Positions 46,601 to 60,506 are shown, numbered from the stretch's first letter. The stretch is 64,000 bases of DNA from Amphiscolops sp. MND2022 (GCA_964187785.1 OZ076421.1:16616001-16680000); one strand, 5' to 3'. Program-made: numbers and translations. Notes: a model not told the origin generated them from the letters alone.

Positions 46601-48189
46601 CATGCGCAATTCACTATGGGAAAAAAAACATACTCGAAGCACGGCCTATACAATTAGAAGAATTTGTCCAATATAACAACCCAACCTCTGCAAATAGCAA
46701 CTATCCATCGAGAAAATGGCCGTCATAGTACTCGAAACTGCATATCAAGTCAAATATTGCTAGCAGTCCTGCGCCTTAACCAGTAGACCACATGGCCTGT
46801 TTAGCCTATTCACCCTAAAATATCCTAATCTCATCCAATACTTATTAATATATCGTTCTCCGTGAAGCTCGGAAATCAACACTTCGTTTCAATTTTCAGA
46901 TTGGGTTAACAATATTTAGGAATTTACGTCTGATTATTGGTGAAGTGGTTTCAAAGGTTTTTGGTTGAGCAAGAGAACGACTGAATTTCAGAGACAAAAA
47001 CTCTGATAAAAACAAGAAACAGGGAAAGTCAACAATATCAAAAATGCTACAACGCAGATTTATTTTTCCATTCATAAACATGAATGTGTACACATGAGCA
47101 CTATACCACAAAATTTTGTAAAATAACTTTTGAAACTCAGCAAGAGATATATTCAATACATTTAAAATCAGCAAAATATAACAGCAGAAACATTTACAAA
47201 ACACTAGATATGTATCAGGTCACGTATTTGAAAGAATCAGCAAAAACAAGCGGACAGGTGAAAGATAGGGCTTTTTTTGACCAAAACAAAATGGCGGAGT
47301 ACACGATATGAAGAGAAATGCTGATTAGCTGGATGGTTCACATCTATTTTATGTGCACTGTTATGGTTTTAACAGTTGCAATTGCGTTTGATTACAACTA
47401 TGCTTCGGTAGTGGATCCCAGTAAATTAGATTAGGAGAGGTGTTGAGAGAGCTGTCCCCCGGAAAAATTATCGTAGGTCGAAATTCATAGAAAAGTGCAC
47501 ATCAAAGTTTCTGTCTGTTGTTGTTTCGTTTGCTGTTCGTTTCAATCATCTATCTGCTTTCCATTATGGTCAATAAAATTTCATAAAGGTCATGTATGAG
47601 GATAAAGTTACGAATAATCTCATCTCACGCTGACTTCAGGGAACAGAAAAGATGGGAGGAGCTATGGTTTGGGGGACGGGTAACGAGAGGAGGAAGAAGA
47701 TGCTAGAGTTTACGACAAACAGAAAGTTCCGGGGAAAAATTTGGACTGGGCGCGAGATAATGAGTTCTTCGGTCAACGGAAGAAACGCCCTCATGGTTGG
47801 CATGCCCATCCTCGCCGTAAGAGGTTGACTGTCCGGTGCAAGCCTCAAGCCAGAGAACTGAACCGCCAGTGTCGTCCGTTCGGCAAGAAGGCTTGCATGG
47901 AGGCTTGGAGACGGGATGCGCTTCACAGTATTGGATGCTGCTTTTGGAGGTTTGAAGATTCTTTGGAGAGTAGGTGACTCTGATGATGAGCTGTTGTCGA
48001 AGATCAGAAAGAACCGACTTAGAGAAGCTAATCGAAGAGGAGCTGCAAGCAGAAGCGGCTCAAAGTGCTAGTGCCTCATACATGTGCCTTCTTTTGTTTG
48101 CGGTTACCCTCGTATCCTGTTAAAGTTTCTTCTATCCTTCTGGTAAGTTAAATATATATATAATATATATTTTGTGTTATGCATTATTA

Positions 48190-51100
48190 TACTTTTCTTG
48201 TGAATATGAATTTTTCATGTTCTGGTTGTATATTCATCGAAGCGATGTTTTTGTTTTCCGTATACTTCCTATCAGTTTTTAGATTACCTTCCTGTTGTTG
48301 AGTCAACCCTTGTTCTAAAATTCTGCCCACGTTGGCTGTAATAGAGCGTGGTCTCCATGTCTCAGACCAGTAATTGAGAGCTCTAATGATGGGATTAAGT
48401 CGGATAATCAGATGTCCAAGAGAGTTACCGTTTGGTGTGCTTGACAACACTCAATGATTTCTCTATGCGTTGATCCAGATGAGAAAGGTTCACTGCTTGC
48501 AAGAATTGTGTTCTTTGCTGTCTTCATCATGTCTTGCAATAATACGCTGCCAATTGACTTAACGTGAAAGTATGTCACTTAAGACAATATTTTTGGTGAA
48601 ACTGCCTTCAGGCATGTTGCGAAAAGTTCAGTTCGTTGTTTTTATTCATTGTAAAACGACGTGTTTTTGCAGAAAGAGCTCTTGATTAGTAGTAGTTCGT
48701 ATGACTGAATCTCTTTGAAACCGTTAAGTTCTTCAATGCCCCAGTAGTTTACATTTGAAATATACAGTAGCATTCATCATTCCTTTTAACCTTTCAAACT
48801 GCTGGATTTCCAATTTTGCACAATTATCCCAAAAAATACTGAGAACACCGTTTCCACATCGGTTAAAGTAATGATATGTGGAGTACGTTGTGCTTGGTTT
48901 AGAAATGTTTTGACTTCATCGAACTTCTCTGTTGTTAAGGTGACTTCGTCACCGAACATTGCTTGTTTCTTAGATTTAAAGGACTGTATCTTGACTTAGT
49001 AGGATCCAATGATCGCGAACTGCACTTCTTCCATGTCTCTAAGAACGTCAATTTCTCCACAAGTTGGGAGTATCTAACTTAGTTGCCCTAATTCTTTGGC
49101 GAAAAGTCGGAAAAGTTGAAAAAGGGGGAGAATTGAATTGCGACCAGCAGTGGTCCAAGATCCCATTTGACTTAGGCTATTCAGTCACTGAAATCAGTAT
49201 CAAGCGAAATCTGTATCTGAGCAAGAGCCGTTGCTCCAGTTTGCTGTTGTTGTTACTTTAGAAGGAAACACTTTTGTTCTTGTCACTGATTAGTTGTCTC
49301 TATAATCATTAGGCCAAATTGTAACATCTTGTAATCCATTTTCGTTCAACTGAGCACTTTGCTAGCGGTGGCCGTTGCTTATGTATATTTTATCAATGCC
49401 GTTAGCTTCTGCCCTATGTCTATTCCAGACATTCCATTGCCTGTCCAATGGTTCTTTACTACACAATCATTCGGGATAGTTTCTTCGACAAGGTTTACCT
49501 TGAAGTTGAAATCAGTTTTGTTTTTCAGTTTTGGTATCGCCTTTCACGGGCTTGTCTCGCTTCATTACACTGGGGCATATCATTTGATACATGGCTAATC
49601 CACTGAAATCTTCTGCAAGGCAAAGTGCTGCTCATTGACAGAGCCGTATCGTTTGTCCCATTGTGAACATTCGTTTCCTTCCTCATGTTGTAAAGTGCCG
49701 AAATAGAAGGTTGTCATTTGGAATAACTGCACTTGTTGCAAGTGCTGAAAAATGATGGTAACGTCTGCACCTTGTTGCTGCAGTTCAACTTGCACACTCA
49801 ATTCTTCAGAAGGTTCATCGTTTGATGCGAAATCTAACCTTGCTGTTTTTTCTGATTTTTGACATACTGAAATCCAAGATTTCCACTGTTTGCACCATCA
49901 AACAGTCTTTCACAATTCAGTGAAATTTTCTCCAAAAGCTTGTATGGTATCCACGAGGAAGGTTCTTGATCGACGGTCTTGCCAACCATCTTATACAGCG
50001 AATGTTTCAGCAGACATTCAGCATACATTCCGCTGTGAGAAGCTTCGACGCTCTTTTGTTTGCATCACATTTAGCATTTTCCGAATCACATGACCCACGA
50101 TTGTTATTGTTGTCTCGCAACTTCTAAATTTTGGAGATTTGTATGAACAATTTAAAGGCTCGAATTTCCTTTTCCTCGTTGTACCAATTCCTTTTTTTGT
50201 CCTGTGAAGAGCTTTGAGCAAAACCGTTTCTTCTTGCTCGCATGTAAGTACGTCTTTTGTTTTCGGCGTTTCGTTTCGATCACTTAAATTATTTAGCATT
50301 AAAATTGCCTTCTTCGAGTTCGCTTCACGGTTTCCATGGATGAAGGAAACATTATATCTGAGAGTGGCGTCTTGGCTCACACAGTTCAGTTTACATTGAA
50401 GGCTTTATTGAGGTCGAGATTCCCTTGAAAGTCGAATTACCTTTCTCTGCTTCTTTGCTTTGTCACTTTCTGTGAATTGTGTTGGTTCTACCCGAATTCC
50501 GTTTCGAGCTAATTCCTTCTTTTGGTTGGAGATGTGTTTGATACCGCGATATCTTTTTTGAGTTTTGGGATATCGAGTTCTTCCGCGAGGTTTTTCATGT
50601 TATTTTCCTTTTGTTACTTTCGGATCTCGGCATCACGTTTCTTGGGAGCTGGTTGTTCATCATTTTTTTCGGCTTGTTTCCTCATTGCTTCCATGAAGTA
50701 GTTTTTCATTTTTCCAGAACAATTACATGCTTTGCTTTGGATGACTTAGAACTAACTGTTGTTCTGTTGCACTTTGAGGATGCTACGACTGACACATTGT
50801 CGGTTTCTTTGGATAACGGTATGTCATCACTGACTGAGATGACGACACACACCGAAATGATTGGAACCGCTGACAATTTTCTGATCTTTGTCATTTACCA
50901 TCCTGAGATGTCTCAGTGATGCCTGTCCACTAGTTTTGTTCCACTGAGCAATTGCTCTGTTGAACTGAAGCTATTTTGATTGAGCAGCCGTGTGCGAGTG
51001 CAACCTCATTGTTGCATCTGTGGAATTTCCACTTGTCGTTTCACGCAGTTGCATCGTGTTCGCCTTGTCATTTGGACAATTCAGCATTTGCGTCACCTCT

Positions 51101-51270
51101 GGGAACCAATATCCCCAACTGATTGCTAATTTCCCGAAGCATCCTTCCCATTCAGCCACACTACTACTGAGCAGTCTTTGCATTTGGTCTTTCATAAGAC
51201 TCAACATGTAGTCTACATAAAACAGCAATGCTTGTCTGCTTTCTTGGTGTTCATTTGTCCCAAGCAATGT
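48190..51270 (-). mobile_element. Very decayed non-LTR retrotransposon
   Basis: Scattered minus-strand relics in LINE order: KANGIDKI (~49400), WDLGPLLV (~49150), VNYWGI (~48750), plus a low-complexity ORF1-like region at 50700-51270. Confidence 0.45.
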
Positions 51271-52899
51271 GGGGCTTCACCAATTGTGCTGGCAGTTCCA
51301 ATACATTAACAATTAGCTAAAACAAAGCTTCAGGAACCTTTAGAACAAAATCCGGTTAAACCGGATGCGTTTTTCACAGGTACTGTTCCGTCAAAAAGGG
51401 TACTTTTGCTATAATCAGTCAATTTCTTTCACCAAAACTCGCAAATATTCAGGAAATGCAGGTATTCGCCTTGGAGAAAGGCTACCAGGCTCAAGCAAAC
51501 CAATAAAAATAACCTATGATCCTCCCATAAGCATTTTCCTAGATCCCGACCTTACAGGCCGGAAAGCAGGAAAAACTCCATACATTGAACAAAAAAGTGG
51601 AAATTATCCCTCCGTGGTCGTCATAAAAACTATTCTAGGTTAACGTCCAGCTAGCAGCGTACACCTAAGGACTGGAATGATGTTTAGGTTGCTCAAACAA
51701 GAGACCATTGTCTCACTACAACACTAAACACTTGTTTCTCTCCCAAAAATTCCCCTGAGGACTTTTCATACGTCTAGGAGGTTCCTCCTGTTATAGCTTC
51801 GAGGCAACGTGCCGGCAATCGCAAAATCCGGACACGTCCCACAAGCCAGTTATATAATTTCTAAGGTTCCTTCGACTTCCGAGGGCACCCTTCCGAGGTC
51901 CAAAAATGGCAATTAGGTGAAATACATTATATTGAATATGGGAAATAAGATCTAAAATGGTGATCTAATGGATGGAACTTCTCTAAAAACTTGCAAATGA
52001 TACAAATACGTTTTAAGAAACCGAGAAATTGTCAATGTTCAGTCTCAGCTGTTCTTTGACTTGCGGAGTGGCAAATTTCCACTATTGAGTTTCCTCATCT
52101 CTGGGCCATTTCGGGTTCTGCTGTTAGCTGGGGTGTTATCCGATGGTGGTGGCTGTGGCATCACACGTCGATTTTGGGGATATATCTACGTCTCTTTAAA
52201 TCTTCGGGGTGTTCTCATTTGGGGGTCTGTCTGTTGTTGCTTTTGGTCTTCTTGAATGACTTCTTGAACGACCAGCCAGATCGAGCATGTCATAACTCGA
52301 GTTCTTCAGTTCGAAATTTCTAACAGGTAACTCTGTCACCAAGCAGCATGACATTCCAGAGCCCCACAGTCAACATTATTTCACTTCACTGATCTGATTC
52401 GAAGTTTTTCTAATGTTAATGTCTCGTGTATGTTGATTGATCTACAGAAGACCATGACGTTCTTGTGTTGAAAGCAGAAGTATATGGAGTACGAATTGTA
52501 TGCTTAGATTTGTAACTTCAAGCTAGATGTGTATATGCTAGAGCTGGGATAATGCATAGGTTGCATTGTCAGGAGACCATGGTCTTAATAGAACTCTAGA
52601 CATCAGTTTTTGTCCCAACCGTGGTCAGATCCTCCTCGATTAACTCAACTCAAGAGTGTTTTAAAAAAGTTATGAAGTTCATCAAAATTTACCCTACGGC
52701 CCAACTCTAGGCCGACTATTTTTAGTCGGCGCTTTATCCTTTTAAGGAAAAATGCCCGACTATAGCAGTGACCTTTTTTTCTTCAGACTACAATCCTCAC
52801 ACTAAAAGGTCCACTTTTCTTACAATTCTTACAATCTTAAAATCTTACAATTCTTACTTAGCAAATTTAAAATACTGGCGCAAAAACTTGCGAAGTAGT

Positions 52900-53335
52900 A
52901 TTTTTACATCATCTAAGAAACTCAAAGGGACCAAAGGGTACTGCCTTAGAGTATTTTAGGCGCTGTGAGACTTTTTTTTCGAGAAAAAAAATTTCCCCAA
53001 AGGGTCCCCCTTCAATTTTTTTTGGAGTTTTCCGACAAAACGGATGTTGAAAAATCCCAAAGGGTCCCCCTTTCAGTTTTTTTGGCATGGTGAGACTTTT
53101 TTTCAAAATTTTTTTTTCACCAAAAGTGCCCCTCCTTCAATTTTTTCTCAATGAAAAATCTCAAAGTGTCCCCTCTGGTGCGCCAATTCGGTTCAACTTT
53201 TGGGTTTTTCCGGTACCGTAGAAGAGAATACTTTGACACTTTGAAGTCTTTTTGCTGTTTTCGAGCCTTAGATATGGCGCCGACTTGGGCCGTTCCCGGC
53301 TTGTTCATAATGTATGTGTTTGATTGTAACAACTC
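52900..53335. repeat. Non-coding repeat with degenerate ~65-bp subrepeats (caaagggtcccc...ttttttt)
   Basis: aaagggtcccccttcaattttt recurs at ~53000 and ~53060, with weaker copies at ~53125 and ~53163. Confidence 0.6.
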
Positions 53336-54756
53336 ATGAGAAAAGACTTTCCTTTCCTTTTTTCAGCCGATACCAATCGCCTCTTTGTGAGGAAAGAAGA
53401 TTTAACTTTCATGTTTACAAGGCAAAGTCGATCATTTACCAAAGTGGATGGCCATGAATAAATTGAGACTTCACATCAAAAAATTCAACAAATGTTCTAC
53501 CTCATTTGTACTTATTTGCTAAGTAACTGCTATAGCTTGTTTCAATTACCTGAACTATGGACCGAAGTTGCGGAACGTCAAAAAGAAAGTATTGGGGAAT
53601 TGTAATACCTAATCACCTACTACATACTAAACTTCTACCACATAATTACCAGATGATTACCAGAAAAGAACTCTATAAAATACTGCTACCTTGTAACAGC
53701 AGAATCAAACCAAACTAATTGGCTGACGTTCGTTTTCTTTGGTGCTCCTGTGTTGTTAAAGTCCCCCTCTAAGGTTAACCTATGGAGGGCCCCCTCGAGT
53801 GTTTGAGTTGATTGGAACGTAAGAAGACCTTCGGTAAATGACTTGAATAAGAAACGTGAAGAAGACCTGAAAGTAAATTCATTTTTCGGGAAAAAGACCT
53901 AAAATAAGATTGGATCTAAAACTGACTTGAATATGGTCTAAACGTCTTTTTTCGGGAATTATACCTGAATAAGGACAAGATCCGAAGTGATAATTGGTCA
54001 CTTGGCTCGAAATCATGTTGCTTAAAGTCATTCATTCAATAGCCTGGCCTAGTGTTCAAAACCAAAGGCCTAATTTTTAAAGATTTTATCGAAATTGTTA
54101 GTATAACGTAGTCAGCTATGTTCACATACTCCTAGTGCCCTGAATGCAAAAGCGAAGCGGAGCAACATGCCAACATGCCTTGCTTCAATGTTGCTACTTG
54201 GCGTAGGGAACGAAGCAACTGCGTCATACAACAAAGATACCAAACATTTCGTAACATTTTCAGTTTCTTGAACTTTTCGTTAAAAATTCAGTTCAGTTTT
54301 GGTCTTCGATAAGTTTTTAGTCATTGCTGTAGTTAAAATGGACTTGGCCCCGTTTTGTCGTCATTTGACTCAAAAGAATAAAGCGTGGGCACAAACTACG
54401 ATCTCATGAATAAGATGGAAACGTACGCCTGTAAGTAAAGAACTAAGATCTAAATGTCAATTTTCGTAACTAATATCTAGAAAACGCCAGCTCCCGAATC
54501 CTAGTGAAAGTCTAAACTTTAGACGGTATTCCCTTTTTTAGATGTTATTCCCAATTTGGAATAGATTCGAAGTATAAAACGTGCCTAGGATATAGACCAA
54601 TTGGCGATGGATGTTTGGATCGAATCAATTTGTGCGAATATACAATCTGTTACAAAGATCGAAGTAAAAAGATCGAGAAAAATGACATCCAATCAATGTT
54701 TTAAAATACCTAGCGTTTTCAAATAACAATGATTTTGGCCCTCGGATATGCCCCCA

Positions 54757-57700
54757 CTTCCTCTAGTGCCCCGGGGCCACTTGGGGCCGCTAATGTTCCC
54801 ATCTTGCTAAGTGAGGTCGAACAGGAGCAAAGACCTAGAGAGAACGAAGATTGCGAAGCAATCGTAGTCGGAGCCGGTCTTTGCGTTGATGAGGCCGCGA
54901 GTGCATAAACCGTATATGACCCAAATTATTCCTGAGACGTTTTTCTTGTTCAATTTAAACCTTAGCTACGGTGCATTATTTTTAAGATTTTAGTTCTTTA
55001 GATCTTGGTTTCGAAATTTTCCGTAGATCTTACTCCTTAAATCTTAGTTATTGTCCCCGTATACAGCTGAATGACTTTCAGCCAAGTGATTTCCAAGGGC
55101 TTAAATTGACTTGAATAAGATTGGAAACTCCTAAATGAAATAATTTTGATATGTAGAAAAAATATGTGCTATAAAGTATGAAACGTGCTTCCGATGTCTC
55201 CATATTTCCTCTAGTGCCCGCTGCCCCTTGAGGCCGCTTATGTTACCATCTTGCTAAGCGATGTCAAACAGGAGCGAAGGATTAACGGGAACAGAGATTG
55301 CGAAGCAATCATAGTGGGAGCTGGTCTTTGCCACGGTGATGGCCACCTTCCATACATCGCCTTTGCCCCATATTAGGTGGTGGAACGTCCTGGAAATATA
55401 CGATATTCACGAAAGCTAATATTTTGTTCTTGACTAATTTTTTTGAGGTTCGACAATTTTATAAATCAAGGAGACGAAACAAGTAACTTTTAAGAAAATT
55501 GTGATTTAATGATTATTCGTGTCGTTTGCCTCATTTCCTTCTACTGGCGATTTTTCGGAATAATTGGTTAATTATTTCTGACTTCAAACGCTTTTTTCAT
55601 GAAAAACACATCTATTTAGGTCTTGTTCCCTTTTGAAAGGGCTTATTTCCGTTTTTTGAGTCTTATCCCACTACTTTTCTGTTCGTTGCTGTCTTGCCTA
55701 ATTGTTGTGATGGGCTTGTTGAATAGCTTCAGAGATGGTAATGATTTGAATTCGAGACAACTGGACAACATCTTTGAGGCTGTTTTGTTGGTTTGTTGCT
55801 GCACTTGGACTGAAAGAACCATCACAACCAGGTGAGATAATTACATTTTTTATCAACATTATCCTTTATAATTATCCGATATTTCATTTTATCAATTCAA
55901 AGTTTCGTTTAATATACGGATTGCTTCTCTGTGGTGGTTGTTGTTTTTTTGGGGGACTCCAGACAAAAACAAAAAGGCACACGACTCGTGATACCTATGG
56001 TCTGGAGAAGACTATGGGCTTCACTGTCTCTTGTCGGTTTTCGGACAAACTTGCTCGTCCAATTTCTGCCTCTCTCTAAGATCCCTGATGGGTTACCCAA
56101 ACAGAAATCTTTGAATAAGAGGCAACCAACACCAACACAACAAACAATAGCTGAAACTGATAGGCCGGGAAACAGTCTCCGACCTATTTAATAAGTTTAT
56201 CACAACAATTAGGCTGGGGGGACTAATATTTACACAAATTATAACGACTCAAGGTTGACCGGGAATAAGACCTAAATTTTCAAAAGAAATAAGATTTTAA
56301 ACAGAAAAGTTTTTTTCTTCCCCTATCAGATGAGGACCGTAACTAAGGAATAAGATCGAAAAAAATTTCGTAACTAAGATCTAAAGAAACATATCTATAC
56401 ATATCTATATATACAGAAACGGAAGGACCCTTTAACAAGACGAGCTGGCGCTGAGGCAATAGTCTATAATCCAGTACAACTCAACTAAAAGATCTAAGAT
56501 CTAAAAAGCAAGCATCGTAGCTAAGGTTCAAGAGAGTAGGCTACTACCGAAGACTAATAATTTCTGAGGCTACGACTAACAGACCTTCAACTTTTACCTC
56601 ATTTACACAGAACTGATACCATGTGCCTAAAACATTAATGTTAGGTTAACCCGCAATTTAGGGGTTGTGTAAATTCTATATATCTGTTCCAATCTCTGTT
56701 CCCGCTATTCCCTTGCACCTGTTTGACATCGCTTAGCAAGATGGTAACATAAGCGGCCTCAAGGGGCAGCGGGCACTAGAGGAAATGTGGAGACATCCCA
56801 AGCACGTTTCATAATTTATAGCACATTTTTTTCTACATATCAAAATTATTTCATTTAGGAGTTTCCAATCTTATTCAAGTCAATCTAAGCCGTTGGAAAT
56901 CACGTGGCTGAAAGTCATTTGGCTGTATACGGGGACAATAACTAAGATTTAAGGAGCAAGATCTAAGGGAAATTTCGAAACCAAGATCTAAAGAACTAAG
57001 ATCTAAAAAGTATGCACCGTAGCTAAGGTTAAAATTGAACTGGAAAAACGTCCGAGGAATAATTTGGGTCATATACGGTGTATGCACTCTCGGCCTCATC
57101 ATCGCAAAGACCGGCTACCACTACGATTGCTTCGCAATCTTCGTTCCTTCTAGGTCTTTGCTCCTGTTCGACCTCACTTAGCAAGATGGGAACCTTAGCG
57201 GCCCCAAGGGGCACCGGGGCACTAGAGGAAATATGGAGACATCCGAAGCACGTTTCATACTTTATAGCACATTTTTTTTCTACATATCAAAATTATTTCA
57301 TTTAGGAGTCTCCAATCTTATTCAAGTCAGTTTAAGCCGTTGGAAATCACTTGGCTGAAAATCATTTGGCTGTATACGGGGACAATAACTAAGATTTAAG
57401 GAGTAAGATCTAAGGGAATTTCCGAAACCAAGATCTAAAGAACTAAGATCTAAAAAGTATGCACCGTAGCTAAGCTTAAAATTGAATTAGAAAAACGTCC
57501 GAGGAATAATTTGGGTCATATACGGTGTATGCACTCTCGGCCTCATCAACGCAAAGACCGGCTCCCACTACGATTGCTTCGCAATCTTCGTTCCCTCTAG
57601 GTCTTTGCTCCTGTTCGACCTCACTTAGCAAGATGGGAACATTAGCGGCCCAAGGGGCCCCGGGGCACTAGAGGAAATATGGAGACATCCGAAGCACGTT

Positions 57701-57780
57701 TCATACTTCATAGCACATTTTTTTCTACACATCAAAATTATTTCATTTAGGAGTTTCCAATCTTATTCAAGTCAATTTAG
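54757..57780. repeat. ~440-bp repeat family arranged as inverted arms (54757-55300 vs 56688-57232) plus a further tandem unit to 57780
   Basis: ggggcactagaggaaat-type motif at ~56770, 57217 and 57662 on +, and its complement at ~54757 and 55205. The 69-bp block 55204-55272 is the exact reverse complement of ~56719-56787. Confidence 0.88.
55614..56277. mobile_element. MITE-like element with 17-bp terminal inverted repeats
   Basis: atttaggtcttgttccc (55614-55630) vs gggaataagacctaaat (56261-56277), one mismatch; non-coding interior; no TSD identified. Confidence 0.5.
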
Positions 57781-58049
57781 GCCGTTTAAACAGAACCAAG
57801 ATAATACGGAACGTTCCAGCAAAAAATATGCCGAAACGTCTGTTTTTTTATTTGCCGAAACGTCCTGTTCCCGTTTGCCATCAGTTCGGTACAGTCCACG
57901 CGGTTCGAGCATTGGACGCAAGTCGACAGATCACAACGTCTGCTTTATGAGAGAATTGAGAGAAGCATGACGTGAGAAGCGACCAGCCTCTTGGCGCAAA
58001 AAAGACCGTCCCTTTCAACTTTTACCACAGTGGCACGTATGTGTGGGCG

Positions 58050-58385
58050 GAAATAGGTCGAAGGAACGGGATCGAAAATCAAAGTTAGTCCTCAGGTCGA
58101 CATACCAAATTTTTGAATGGGATCGAAACAACTCGGGATCGAAATTTTTATAACGTAGTCAGATATGTTCACATACCCCTAGTGCCCTGAATGCAGGAGC
58201 GAATCGAAGCGGAGCGACGTGCCATATGGCCATGCCTCATTGTTGCTACTTGGCGAAGGGAGCGAAGCGACCGAGCCATACAACAAATACGATAAAATTC
58301 GACCGCATTCCATTCGATCCCTGCAATTTGATCAAAAGGTTCGACCTCTGTCCTTTCGACCAGAAAAATTCGACCTATTTACAGC
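58050..58385. repeat. MITE-like element with inverted clusters of (g)gtcgaa / ttcgac(c) subrepeats
   Basis: ggtcgaa/gatcgaa copies at 58057-58145 face ttcgacc/ttcgatc copies at 58298-58380. Similar one-sided clusters occur at ~23605-23715 and ~28635-28735. Confidence 0.55.
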
Positions 58386-58399
58386 CACCCGGCACGTGT

Positions 58400-60062
58400 G
58401 CGCAACACAGATGTAGCCCCCAGACGTAAACCAATCGACATTCGAAGCTGCTGATCATCAAGTTTTAGGCCTATGTTCTTGCAAGGAACGACGTTCAGCC
58501 ATTCAGACCCGAATTTGCCTTGATGAGCGTTATAAACTTTCGAACGTTTGACAACCATTCTAAAAATCAAATCTTGGGCTGTTTTGACCTAGACAGGTTG
58601 TGTTCCATTTTTCTGGATAATTGTTAAAATTCGTCGTGAGAAAGTCACTCGCACCAAATGCTGAGGCTTCTAGACGTTTCGGTGACAGACGTTTCGGCGA
58701 CGAAGTGTCGCCGAAACGTCTTTGTTGCCGAAACGTCCTCTAAAAAGCTAAAAACGTTCGTTCTGGAAGCGAAAAAGTTATAATGTGGGGCATATGCTGT
58801 GTATGCACGCTCGCCTTCACCGTCGCAAAGACCAGTTCCCACTACGATTGCTTCGCGATCTCGGTTCCCGCTAGAACTTTGCTCCTGTTCGACCTCGCTT
58901 AGCAAGATGGAAAAATAAGCGGCCCCAAGGGGCCGCGGGGCACAAAAGGAATTGAGGACACATCCGAGGCACGTTTTATAATATTTAAATGATATCCTCT
59001 ATATGATGTATACAAATCCAACTCTCCTGATAATTTATGTTGTAATCTTCATATTAATGTTTCAGCTCATCCTATGAAGAGACGTTTCGGCGACAGTTTT
59101 CCTCACACCCTGTCCCCGAAACCTCTGTCGCCGAAACGTCTTGTTCCCAACGCTGTGGCCAAAAAGGCGGGAATTGCTAATAATGACGCGGATGAAACCC
59201 CAAGACCAACCAATTCAGCGGTCAGGGCCAGGCGTGTATTTCAAAAGGGGTGATTTCAAAAACTCCAGGGTGTATTTCAAAAGTTTTCTCTAGCATTAAG
59301 TGTCGGTTTATCGAATTCAACATCAATTTTCAATAATACGTTTTCTTTGGGCTGGAGGCTTTCTATCAAACAACGGGAAATATGTGAAGCCAATTCAGCG
59401 CCCCTTTTGATGCCTACACGTACTTGTCGACTTCTATATCTTGCTTGACGTGATTCGAAGACATGGTGACGGCATATTTTGCAGATATTGCCCACAGCGA
59501 TAATACGAAGTCCTCTATGGGGCTTTTTTAGCGCAATTAGATCCTCTTTTCCTATGAGAATCACATTCACAAGATTTTTTGAGGCTCTGAGGTAATTCAG
59601 TCCAGTTACCCCGTTTGACTTGGCAGTCAAATCTTTCAGAACGTGGGGTGAAATGCCATCCAAACCTGCACTTAAGCTGTTGGGGAAGGACATGAGTGCC
59701 TTGTGGACGAACAACTCCGAGGTTGAACAACAATCGGTATCTGTGGGGTCAGGAACAGAGCAAGTTTCCCTCTGCGGATGTTGGAGCTTGAGGGCCGCGT
59801 AGTTGTCAACCGTGAAATCTGCAATCTTCTCGGTGCCTACTGCCATACTCGTTCCGGCCCTAACAATACCTTCGTATAGTTTGGTGCAAATGGAACGCAG
59901 TCGTGGATATAACTGCGGTTTTCTGCCGTGTTTCGGTTTTTCCTCAATAACACCATACCAATTACGCTTGTTGATAATTGCACTGAGTGATGTCGTCTGA
60001 CGTTTTTCTTCCCAGCTGGTTTTCCCAAAAAACAGCTCAGAGAGGAGAGCAATAAGCACCAC
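58400..60062 (-). pseudogene. Fragments of a CRE-clade (RLE-type) non-LTR retrotransposon, RT core deleted, interrupted by small repeats at ~58630-59270
   Basis: 59277-60062: SFPNSLSAGLDGISPHVLKDL...LIALKKPHRGLRIIAVG...VGIKRGAELASH...VLLKID. 58400-58570: QGKFGSEWLNVVPCKNIGLKLDDQQLRMSIGLRLGA. Confidence 0.78.
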
Positions 60063-60506
60063 AAGGCAATTTTTGACGGAGTTTCACATATATCATCTCT
60101 TTTGGGTTGCAACATTTTTCAGCTAAGGGGATCCGTGAATTTTTAGGAATTTTTTTTCAAGTGAACATCGCCTGAATTAAAAAGGGTGTCTGGTCTAGTG
60201 TTATCATCGCATGCCCATGCACTGAGGGGTAGTGCTCAGTAAAAAGCACCTGCAACAATTGAATTTGGCAAGGCTCGGGGTATCCGTTCTTGATAAATTC
60301 GCGCATTTCATTTGAACCCATCCGCTGCAAAGCCTTCATTTTACCCAGTCTATCAACCCTGAAGGCTCCTGACACTTCAGAGCATTGCAGGTTTCGTTGG
60401 TTTTCATCCAAACTAAACCTCGAAACCTAATCAATTGCAGGAAAAACACATTTAGGTGTGTGCCAAACCCCCCCCAGGCTAACTTGCAAGCCCGGTCAAT
60501 CCAATT

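Noticed and set aside
46606-46900. Host gene interrupted by the Gypsy insertion
   Set aside because: Rejoining the flanks at the TSD gave no convincing open frame or motif.
47250-48150. Possible promoter (CAAAATGGCG, YY1-like) and short ORFs
   Set aside because: No recognisable domain or element boundaries; a single short motif is not enough.
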